DNA of 64,000 nt, from positions 2,523 through 66,522 of the forward strand of contig CALXTD010000005.1 in the NCBI GenBank assembly GCA_944391315.1. The letters are read 5' to 3'. The stretch is from an uncultured Alphaproteobacteria bacterium. Its GTDB lineage: Bacteria > Pseudomonadota > Alphaproteobacteria > RF32 > CAG-239. Both the position numbers and the translations under genes were made by a program. The notes beneath the pieces were generated by a model that made no database searches, was not told where the DNA came from, and worked only from the letters and a program-made list of their open reading frames with translations. Positions 50,007 through 57,909 of the stretch are shown here, piece by piece. Position 1 is the stretch's first letter. Each line of letters begins with the position of its first letter.

Positions 50007-52148
50007 TTACAAATAGCTTACAATAGGGCAATATCCTCCACAATCAGCGTACGTTCTAAAATAAAGAACCGGATAGATTGTATAGCTTTGTGACCGAGAT
50101 GTACTCAATAAATATCCTCCACCTTTGGTACAGTACCACGCTTTATCATCATTTCCCCCATACGCAATTGCCGTCCAAAAAGAAGAATATGAAGATGATA
50201 CCATTTCACAATGCTTAGCCCCAGGAAGTTTCCAATGTCCTTTTGTTTCAGAAGCTCCCGACGGAGCATAATTAACAGCAATATTCACCGACGGAAAGTT
50301 TTCTGAAGAACTTTGATAACAAGAGGTACAATTTGATCCGTCAAGATGCTCAATAGACGCAGATGCATTTCCAGAACACCATTGAGAACCAACACTACAC
50401 GTGCTAGCGCTAAAACCGACAGGTCCCCATTGTGCAGTTCCTGCCGATTCTAAAGATATAAGATTAAATTTAAAATAACTTCCGACATCACGTATTTCAA
50501 TAATTTTTCCTAAAGCCACTTTTCCGCTTTCTAAAGAACGAGAACAGGTTCCGTCTTTATAATAAATATCCCCTTCATGACATGTATAATTGCATCTTTG
50601 ATTTTTATCGCTATAAACATATCCAGAATTACACTTATTATAACAATACTTATTACTACATTCTTCATAATCACAATCAGCATTTTCAGGACAAGAAGAA
50701 AGTTCACAACGATTAGGGCAATAACACCCTTTTGCATAATCCCAATTATATCCACCGGAACATTCACAAATACTATATTTTCCTTCACAAGAAGTTCCGT
50801 ATCCAACTTCATAACTTCCTGTACAGCTATATGTATAGTAAGAAGGATTGCACACACAACGAGATCCATCCCAAATTTCAGCGGCAGAACAACTGATTTC
50901 GCATTGGCTTCCGTTCCATGCATAATCTCCTGTACAGTAGCATCTTTCATATTTTCCGTTACACGAAGACCCATACGGGCTTTCGTGGCTGCCATTACAA
51001 CTGTAAGAGTAATAGTATGGATCACAAACACAACTACTTCCGTTCCATACTTCTTTGTACCCACAATTTACAATACAGCTATATCCGTTCCACGAGTAAG
51101 GAGAAGAACAATTACATGATTTATATTTTCCATTACAAGCTTCCCCAACGCCCCCGGCATAGCCTGAACCTGTGCAAGTATATTTGTAAGAACTTTCACA
51201 TTGAGCCGTACAAGTCTGTGTCGTTTCGTTCCAATCATAACCGGATTGACAGCCGGATTTGTAATAACGATTTGAACATTCCTCATAAGTGCAAGTGTAA
51301 GGGCTCGGACAAGAAGTTAAAGTTCCCAAGTTCGGACAAGGTTTGCAATTATCGTATTTTATTTGCGAACCGGATTGACAAGAACTTGCTCCGGCTGCCG
51401 GTCCCATTGAGCCGCAATTCAAAAATCCGTCGCAGGGGTTCATTTTAACTTTATATTTTGTCTGACCGTTACAATCCGTGCAAGCGGCACCGTCTTGAAC
51501 ATAGCCCTCGGGAATTGTCGTGTAGTCATAACCTTTACACAAATTGCAGCACGTTCCGAAAGTTTCATCGTATTTGCACTTGTCATTCGGATTTATCTGC
51601 CACCCGCTTTCGCAAGTATTGGTATAATCGGGATTAAGCTCTTTACAGGCACGTTCGGTATCTTTTTCACATGACGCGTATTTATTTCCGCAAGCCTGCC
51701 CGACGCCGTAATAAGGCGGCTCACAAGTTTTATAACCCGATGGGCAAACGCAACGGGCAAAATAATTGCTGTTATAAATACAAAATCCTTCTGGTGTTTC
51801 TCCGGCAGCACAAGAAGTCAGTCCATAACCTTCTTTGCGACAACGTTCGGCATCATTCAAATCATAATCAGGCGCTCCACCGGAGCCACCATTTCCGCCA
51901 CTGTTTTCATTATTACCAAACGCTTCGCCGCTACAAGCTGAGGTATCATTAATAAAGCAAACTGCAGCTAATTTAATCTCATCAGAAGAAGACAAGCTCG
52001 AGGAGGGAGAATAGAGGTGTGTGTGAAGTGTGTTGATAAGTCGTTCTCCACCCTCGGTAAAAGAAATATCTGCCATTGCGCTCATCGGCAACAATCCTGC
52101 CGCCGACAGCATTGCGGTTAAAACCGCATAATTACGAGAATTCAACAT
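50007..52148 (-). CDS. cysteine-rich secreted protein, 713 aa (paralog C): conserved N-domain, Cys repeats, DUF1566-like C-terminus
   Basis: ATG with an AAAGGTG RBS. Signal peptide MLNSRNYAVLTAMLSAAGLLPMSAMA. 68 Cys by my count. The N-terminal half aligns with the 271-aa neighbour. Confidence 0.8.
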   Translation of the reverse strand: MLNSRNYAVLTAMLSAAGLLPMSAMADISFTEGGERLINTLHTHLYSPSSSLSSSDEIKLAAVCFINDTSACSGEAFGNNENSGGNGGSGGAPDYDLNDAERCRKEGYGLTSCAAGETPEGFCIYNSNYFARCVCPSGYKTCEPPYYGVGQACGNKYASCEKDTERACKELNPDYTNTCESGWQINPNDKCKYDETFGTCCNLCKGYDYTTIPEGYVQDGAACTDCNGQTKYKVKMNPCDGFLNCGSMGPAAGASSCQSGSQIKYDNCKPCPNLGTLTSCPSPYTCTYEECSNRYYKSGCQSGYDWNETTQTCTAQCESSYKYTCTGSGYAGGVGEACNGKYKSCNCSSPYSWNGYSCIVNCGYKEVWNGSSCVCDPYYYSYSCNGSHESPYGSSCNGKYERCYCTGDYAWNGSQCEISCSAAEIWDGSRCVCNPSYYTYSCTGSYEVGYGTSCEGKYSICECSGGYNWDYAKGCYCPNRCELSSCPENADCDYEECSNKYCYNKCNSGYVYSDKNQRCNYTCHEGDIYYKDGTCSRSLESGKVALGKIIEIRDVGSYFKFNLISLESAGTAQWGPVGFSASTCSVGSQWCSGNASASIEHLDGSNCTSCYQSSSENFPSVNIAVNYAPSGASETKGHWKLPGAKHCEMVSSSYSSFWTAIAYGGNDDKAWYCTKGGGYLLSTSRSQSYTIYPVLYFRTYADCGGYCPIVSYL

Positions 52149-52182
52149 AATATCACCTTTCTTAGCTTGTCTTCACGAATCT

Positions 52183-52211
52183 AATATAGCATAAATTCGA
52201 TTTACTTGCAA
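52183..52211 (-). promoter_or_regulatory. candidate sigma70 promoter of the 713-aa Cys-rich gene
   Basis: On the minus strand: TTGCAA, 17 nt, TATATT. It is paralogous to the promoter at 54071-54099. Confidence 0.45.
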
Positions 52212-52242
52212 CAGGCATTTTTAAGAAAAGTGAAAGTGTGGC

Positions 52243-52271
52243 GCAAAAAAAGGAGCAACTAATTGCTCCTT
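52243..52271 (-). terminator. rho-independent terminator after the 300-aa Cys-rich gene
   Basis: On the minus strand: aaggagcaa-ttag-ttgctcctt followed by ttttttgcg. Confidence 0.6.
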
Positions 52272-52296
52272 ATACAATATCTTATTTTTTTAAAAC

Positions 52297-53199
52297 CTAA
52301 AAAGCGAGGACGGGGCGGAACTCGAGGTTGTTGTACTTAGTGTCGTCGAGCAAGCCGTAACTGGCGTCAAAGTTTGAGTACCACGCGTAGCCGTCATTGT
52401 ACTCGGACGACGACCAAGCGTAGGGGCTGTCTGTGAATTGTGTCCCATTTGCTCGGCTGAATCCTGTGTTTATCGCGTCTTGGTTATTATAATATGAGGT
52501 AAATATTCCTGCTGCCGGTAAGCACCAATCTCCCGCACTTGTTCCTTCCGTTTTATATTCATGTGCCGCCCATGCTGCCGGATAAGTGCTCTTATTGCCT
52601 GCTGCCAGTATCTTTTCTGAATTACCGCAACTATCATAATCTTTTGATGCCGCTTCTGCTGATGTTTTGTTCGGCAATGTCGAAATATCTGTACCATACC
52701 CGCCCCACTCATAGTTGCCTATTGACTTTAATGCCATCGCCCATCTTTTGCCATCACTGCCTATATAGACCACAACACCAATAGCCTTTTTTGTTCCTAC
52801 ATCATTATCATATCCTGATGATGAACAAGTTCTATCTTCGTACACTATAGCACCAATTTTGCATTCTGATGAAATTTCCACACAGCCCTTGCCGTCTTGC
52901 CATTCAAATCCTGCATAGCATTCACATTTCGCATATTTACCATTGCAATCAGCCCCAATTCCGGCCGCTTCAGCATATCCTCTTCCTATGCACAAATACG
53001 GAAAGTCAGCACATTCTCCGCCGCTGTTGCTTGGGCAATACCAATAACTTCCAAACGGGCATTTTAAGCCGCCGTCGCAAGAGCTTGTACTGGTATATCC
53101 CATTGCCGTACAGCTCGGGGTGGCGATACAGGCCGCATTTGCTTGCACAATGCCGCCACAAAGAACAAATGCTGTTGTTGTATAGAGTAATTTTTTCAT
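52297..53199 (-). CDS. cysteine-rich secreted protein, 300 aa (paralog B): one Cys module plus a DUF1566-like C-terminal domain
   Basis: I use the ATG at 53199 (RBS GGAGAAAGAAG, signal peptide MKKLLYTTTAFVLCGGIVQANA); the track start at 53241 would overlap the upstream gene. The C-terminus reads GDWCLPAAG...YAWSSSEY...AWYSNF...EFRPVLAF. Confidence 0.75.
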   Translation of the reverse strand: MKKLLYTTTAFVLCGGIVQANAACIATPSCTAMGYTSTSSCDGGLKCPFGSYWYCPSNSGGECADFPYLCIGRGYAEAAGIGADCNGKYAKCECYAGFEWQDGKGCVEISSECKIGAIVYEDRTCSSSGYDNDVGTKKAIGVVVYIGSDGKRWAMALKSIGNYEWGGYGTDISTLPNKTSAEAASKDYDSCGNSEKILAAGNKSTYPAAWAAHEYKTEGTSAGDWCLPAAGIFTSYYNNQDAINTGFSRANGTQFTDSPYAWSSSEYNDGYAWYSNFDASYGLLDDTKYNNLEFRPVLAF

Positions 53200-53219
53200 C
53201 TTCTTTCTCCTTTGTTTTC

Positions 53220-54035
53220 TTACATTGCGCAATAGTCGCAATAATCCGTGTAACCGCTTTTACATCCGGTGGCATACCACAAACCCGAACAGTCTTCATA
53301 TTCGCAGACTGAACCACTAGGGCAACTCGTATAAGTTCCTAAATTCGGACAAGCTTTGCAGTTATCATATTTCGTGATTGTGCCGGACAAACAAGTCGCG
53401 GCACCGGCTGCGCCGCCCATAGAACCGCAATCTTGAAACCCGTTACAAGGATTGATTTTGACTTTATATTTTGTTTGACCGTCACAATCGAGGCAGGCTT
53501 CGCCGTCTTGGATATAACCTTCTGGAATAGTGGTATAATCGTAACCGGCACCACAAGGTGTGCAGGTGCAAGACACATATTTTCCGTCGCAAGCCTCACC
53601 CACCCCGACATTCGGCTCTTCACAAGTCACATAATCACTCGGACAAGAAGCCACGCATTCGGAATAATACGGACCGTATGGGCATTTCTTGCCACCGACC
53701 TTATAACCGTCGGGGCAATCACTCACGGTATAACCTTCATTATAACAACGCTCATTGGGATTAAGGTCAAAACTTGGAACATCATCACTTGTCCCACTAC
53801 CAAAGCCAAAACCGGCGCAAGCTTCTGTATCATTAATAAAACAGACTGCTGCGATTTGAAATTTATCAGAAGAAGGCAAACTTGGTGACGAAGCGTAAAG
53901 GTGTGTGTGAAGTGTGTAGACAAGCTGCTCGTCACTCTTGATAACAGAATTATCAGCTCTCGCGCCAGTCGGCGATATTCCTACAGCCAAACAAAACGCC
54001 GCGGCCAGAACCGCCTTTTGTCGTGAGATAAACAT
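53220..54035 (-). CDS. cysteine-rich secreted protein, 271 aa (paralog A): conserved N-domain only
   Basis: ATG with an AGGAGAAG RBS. Signal peptide MFISRQKAVLAAAFCLAVGISPTGARA. YTLHTHLYASSPSLPSSDKFQIAAVCFINDTEAC aligns with INTLHTHLYSPSSSLSSSDEIKLAAVCFINDTSAC of the 713-aa protein. Confidence 0.75.
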   Translation of the reverse strand: MFISRQKAVLAAAFCLAVGISPTGARADNSVIKSDEQLVYTLHTHLYASSPSLPSSDKFQIAAVCFINDTEACAGFGFGSGTSDDVPSFDLNPNERCYNEGYTVSDCPDGYKVGGKKCPYGPYYSECVASCPSDYVTCEEPNVGVGEACDGKYVSCTCTPCGAGYDYTTIPEGYIQDGEACLDCDGQTKYKVKINPCNGFQDCGSMGGAAGAATCLSGTITKYDNCKACPNLGTYTSCPSGSVCEYEDCSGLWYATGCKSGYTDYCDYCAM

Positions 54036-54070
54036 AATACTTCTCCTATCTCGTTTGCCTTCACGACTCG

Positions 54071-54099
54071 ATTATATCATAATTTCGCCATACTTACAA
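54071..54099 (-). promoter_or_regulatory. candidate sigma70 promoter of the Cys-rich A-B operon
   Basis: On the minus strand: TTGTAA, 17 nt, TATAAT (consensus -10), about 35 nt upstream of the ATG at 54035. Confidence 0.5.
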
Positions 54100-54188
54100 G
54101 AGTATTTTTATTTTAAGATAAATTTATCGCGAAAAAAAAGAGCAATCTTTTACAAGAATGCCCTTTTATAAAATCATTATCAAAAAAA

Positions 54189-54809
54189 CTAAGAAGCCTT
54201 TTTATCAGTAGCTTTTGTTTTTTCTTGCAGATTTTTAATCAAACCGGCAACACCGTCCGGAGACTGCTTAATAAATGCTGTATATTCATTACGTGCCGTT
54301 ATCGCAAGGCTAACATTTTCGATAATGATATCAACAATTTTGAACTCATTACCGGTTTGCTTAACACGCCAAACAACTTTTGCCGGCTCACCTTGTTCCA
54401 TCGGCACGGTTGAGTTTACAAAAATCTGATTAGCAGAGTTTGACGCATCCGTACCCTTGAAAATAAAGTTACGTCCCTTAAATTCATCAAAGCGCTTTGA
54501 CCAGGTCTGAACATTCAGTTCACGATAAGCATCAATAAATTCTTGACGTTGTTCAGGTGTAGCCGTACGCCAATAACGCCCCAAAACAAACTGCCCGATA
54601 AATTGAATATCCAACGCACTGTTAAACAACTTTGCAAAGCGTTTGTCTTTTTCTGCCTGCGGAATATTTGCATTGATAATATTTTCAATACCGTCTTCGG
54701 TCACACCTTTAACAAAAGCCTCAGCCTTTGCCGCATCAACGGCAGCCTGCGCTCCAAAAGCCCAAACGCAAGACAATGCAGCAACCAAAGATAATAAAAA
54801 TTTATTCAT
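54189..54809 (-). CDS. mlaC: phospholipid-binding periplasmic protein MlaC (Ttg2D family)
   Basis: Signal peptide MNKFLLSLVAALSCVWAFGAQA, family-like sequence, adjacent to mlaA. I use the ATG at 54809 with an AGGAG RBS. Confidence 0.78.
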   Translation of the reverse strand: MNKFLLSLVAALSCVWAFGAQAAVDAAKAEAFVKGVTEDGIENIINANIPQAEKDKRFAKLFNSALDIQFIGQFVLGRYWRTATPEQRQEFIDAYRELNVQTWSKRFDEFKGRNFIFKGTDASNSANQIFVNSTVPMEQGEPAKVVWRVKQTGNEFKIVDIIIENVSLAITARNEYTAFIKQSPDGVAGLIKNLQEKTKATDKKAS

Positions 54810-54828
54810 AAAGTCCAACTCCTAAAAA

Positions 54829-55602
54829 TTATTCAATATCAAAATCAAAATCATAACTGGCTGTCGCGTTTACAACATCATCAGAACTCCGGCAGCCCAT
54901 ATTTTTACGATTTTGCAAATATGCAGAACGAACGGCAGTATAATAATCAACAGAGTTTCTTTCCAGATCGTTCAAGAAATCCATATTAGCTTCCATAATG
55001 GTAATCGCCTGCAAAGCAGCATAAGCATAAGTTGCTTTATCACTAACATTTGCGTCATGACGTGTTCCCCAATATACCGGATCAAACACAAAGCCCAAGC
55101 CCATACCAACGGTTGAGCGAGGTGTTGCAGAACCAATGAACGGCAAGACCAAATACGGCCCGTCAGGAATACACCATTTAGCAAAAGTTTCATCAAAACC
55201 GGTTGTCTTCTTTTTCAAGCCCCAGCCTTCGGCAACATCAAACAAACCAAATAAACCGAGCGTAGAGTTAATAGCAAAACGAGCAAGTGTTATTCCCGAT
55301 TCTTTCAAATTACCTTGCAACAAGAAGTTTCCGGTAGAAAGAGGCTCACGAATATTATCCAATGAGTTCCGCACGCTACGACGAACAGACGGGGTTGTAA
55401 CATAGCGATAACCACGAGCAACCGGCATCAACAAATAATGATAAAAATAATTGTTAAAATCAAACATTGCGCGGTTATAACTTTCCAACACACTATTCTC
55501 GCGTGTTTGATCAAAAGCGTCACTATCTGGCTCAGACGCATAAGATTGTCCGGCAACTAAACCAAAAACCAAAAACAGTCCAAGCAGCAGCTTTTTATTC
55601 AC
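54829..55602 (-). CDS. mlaA: MlaA/VacJ family outer-membrane lipid asymmetry protein
   Basis: NRAMFDFNNYFYHYLLMPVARGYRYV is the VacJ signature. I prefer the GTG at 55602 with an AAGGA RBS; the start is uncertain. Confidence 0.8.
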   Translation of the reverse strand: MNKKLLLGLFLVFGLVAGQSYASEPDSDAFDQTRENSVLESYNRAMFDFNNYFYHYLLMPVARGYRYVTTPSVRRSVRNSLDNIREPLSTGNFLLQGNLKESGITLARFAINSTLGLFGLFDVAEGWGLKKKTTGFDETFAKWCIPDGPYLVLPFIGSATPRSTVGMGLGFVFDPVYWGTRHDANVSDKATYAYAALQAITIMEANMDFLNDLERNSVDYYTAVRSAYLQNRKNMGCRSSDDVVNATASYDFDFDIE

Positions 55603-55703
55603 GGTGATATCCTTTCCTCTGTACAACAAGCAACTCTTCCATTACATATAACGTATAAAGTTTGTTTTATCAACCATAAAAAAAGATTCTTAAGGAAAAA
55701 AAC

Positions 55704-56471
55704 ATGAATATTTTTCACATATCGGACATTCACTACGATACACAAAATCCCGAAGGCATAAAAAAATTACAAAAAATCATTCAAAACATAAACGACCAAA
55801 CAACAAAACCGGATGTTGTCGCCATCACCGGAGACTTAATCTGGAAATGCAATAAAGAACTTTACAAACCCTGCTTCCAAGAACTAAACAAATTGCAAGC
55901 TCCCTACCTCGTCATCACCGGAAATCACGACAAATCACAAGATTTGCAAAAGGCACTGAAACAATTTTCCCCCACTCATCCTCAATCAGAAGATAACCAC
56001 AAACTGCAATATGTCTGCGACAAATTTCCCGTTCGTATTATCGGACTTGATACATTTAAAGCAAACATCGGCGGCGGAGATTTAAGCGAGGAAAGCCGTC
56101 TCTGGCTGGAACAAAAACTTGAGGATAACTCCGAAGGTAAACCAACCATAATCTTAATTCATCAATACACACTACCCACAGGGTCAGGATTTTTTGACCG
56201 CAACGCTGCCCCTTGGTATAAGGAATTTAATAAAATAATTGAAAAACACAAAGATACGGTAAAACTCGTCCTCTGCGGCCATCTGCACAATTCACTGAGC
56301 TCTCAAATATCCACCGTTCCGATAATCTCAGGCTTTAGCACCAACTGGGGCGAAGAATTGCTTAATCCGTCCAATCCCGACCCCAAAAGAGATTTCAAAC
56401 GCCCGCTGTCTTACTTAATTCATCGCTGGGAAGATGAGCGCTTTACGACTTATGTCGCCGAACTTAGCTAA
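55704..56471 (+). CDS. calcineurin-like metallophosphoesterase (CpdA-like)
   Basis: The motif series ISDIHYD, TGDLIW, GNHD and GHLH. Confidence 0.8.
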   Translation: MNIFHISDIHYDTQNPEGIKKLQKIIQNINDQTTKPDVVAITGDLIWKCNKELYKPCFQELNKLQAPYLVITGNHDKSQDLQKALKQFSPTHPQSEDNHKLQYVCDKFPVRIIGLDTFKANIGGGDLSEESRLWLEQKLEDNSEGKPTIILIHQYTLPTGSGFFDRNAAPWYKEFNKIIEKHKDTVKLVLCGHLHNSLSSQISTVPIISGFSTNWGEELLNPSNPDPKRDFKRPLSYLIHRWEDERFTTYVAELS

Positions 56472-56564
56472 ATTTGTTACAATGTCGAAATCTTTTGTGT
56501 TTTGCCAAGCAAAATTTTTTGCTCTAATATCCGAAACAGTTAAAACATTTGTGAGGAAAATAAA

Positions 56565-57725
56565 ATGACCAATAAACCTGCAAAACCGATTATGCTTTTT
56601 GACTGCAAAACATCTCAAAATGTTTTTGGCAGAGAAAACTTGATGAAAGCCTTTGAAAAAATTTTGGATCACGGTGGCTATTGCCAAGGACCTGAAACCA
56701 AAGAACTCGATGAGAAATTGGCTGCTTATTGCGGCGCTAAATATTGCTCAACCTGCGGTTCCGGAACAGATGCCTTGACATTGGCTTTAATGGCTTGGGA
56801 CGTAAAACCGGGAGACGCCGTATTTGTATCTTCTTTCACCTTTGTTGCCTCAGCTGAAGCTCCGGTTTTGCTCGGTGCTACACCGATATTCGTTGACTCT
56901 GATCCGAATACCTACAACATGGATCCGGAAGATTTGCAACGTGCAATTGATGAAGTCAAAAAAGAAGGCAAGCTGAACTTAAAAGCTGTTGTTGCTGTTG
57001 ATATTTTCGGCTCCCCTTGCGACTATGACAAGATTATCAAAATCGCTCATGACAACGGCATGAAAGTTTTGGCCGATTCTTGCCAATCATTTGGTTCTGT
57101 TTACAAAGGCAAACACGCCGGAAACATTGCTGATATGACCGCCACATCTTTCTACCCGACCAAACCGCTCGGCGGCTATGGTGACGGCGGTGCCACATTC
57201 TCAAATACCAATGAAGAAAACGAGTTGGTAAAATCTTGCCGCGTTCACGGTATGAGCCCAGAAGACCACTATGACAATGTTCGCTTGGGCATGACTGGCC
57301 GTATGAACACATTCCAAGCTGCCGTTTTGTTACAAAAACTCTCAATTCTTGATCAAGAATTAAAAGATCGTTTCAGAGTAGCTTCTCGCTATGACAACGA
57401 ACTCGATTCTTATTTTAATAAACAAAAGATTTTGGATGGTTGCAAATCTGCTTATGCACTTTACACCATCACCTGCCCTGACAGAGATGAGTTAATGGCT
57501 TATCTGAAAGACAACGGCATTCCTTGCGGTGCATATTATCCTCGTCCGGTCAACACTCAAACCGCTTATGCAAAGTGGAACACCCGCAGCGTTCCTGTTT
57601 GTGAAAAATTATCCAAGACCGCATTGTCTATCCCGATGACCCCGTATTTGGATAACGAAGATCTTGACTACATCATCAAGACCATGAACGAGTTTGCCGC
57701 TCAGAAAAAAGACAAAGCCGCATAA
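56565..57725 (+). CDS. DegT/DnrJ/EryC1/StrS-family sugar aminotransferase
   Basis: PLP fold type I, with the Lys in SFYPTKPLG and family-wide similarity. Confidence 0.9.
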   Translation: MTNKPAKPIMLFDCKTSQNVFGRENLMKAFEKILDHGGYCQGPETKELDEKLAAYCGAKYCSTCGSGTDALTLALMAWDVKPGDAVFVSSFTFVASAEAPVLLGATPIFVDSDPNTYNMDPEDLQRAIDEVKKEGKLNLKAVVAVDIFGSPCDYDKIIKIAHDNGMKVLADSCQSFGSVYKGKHAGNIADMTATSFYPTKPLGGYGDGGATFSNTNEENELVKSCRVHGMSPEDHYDNVRLGMTGRMNTFQAAVLLQKLSILDQELKDRFRVASRYDNELDSYFNKQKILDGCKSAYALYTITCPDRDELMAYLKDNGIPCGAYYPRPVNTQTAYAKWNTRSVPVCEKLSKTALSIPMTPYLDNEDLDYIIKTMNEFAAQKKDKAA

Positions 57726-57745
57726 AGAGCAGCTTTGAAAATAAT

Positions 57746-57783
57746 AAATCCCTCTTTGAAAAATTTCAAAGAGGGATTTTTTT
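57746..57783 (+). terminator. rho-independent terminator after the aminotransferase gene
   Basis: aaatccctctttgaa-loop-ttcaaagagggattt followed by a T-run. Confidence 0.75.
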
Positions 57784-57909
57784 GACCTTTATCGACAACG
57801 TTATCCCGAAAAAAAATTTTGCTAAGGTAAGATAAAAATTAGTTTCAGCCCCGAAAACACCTATCTAAGCAACGCGACTTCTTGTCCCAATCAGAAAACA
57901 GCCAAGTGA

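Noticed and set aside
50531-53935. Overlapping ORFs inside the Cys-rich genes (50531..51064, 50577..51119, 50918..51448, 51068..51286, 51593..51952, 52470..53317, 53339..53935)
   Set aside because: These are alternative-frame or antisense products of repetitive TG/CA-rich coding DNA. Only the frames with a signal peptide, an RBS and paralog conservation are credible.
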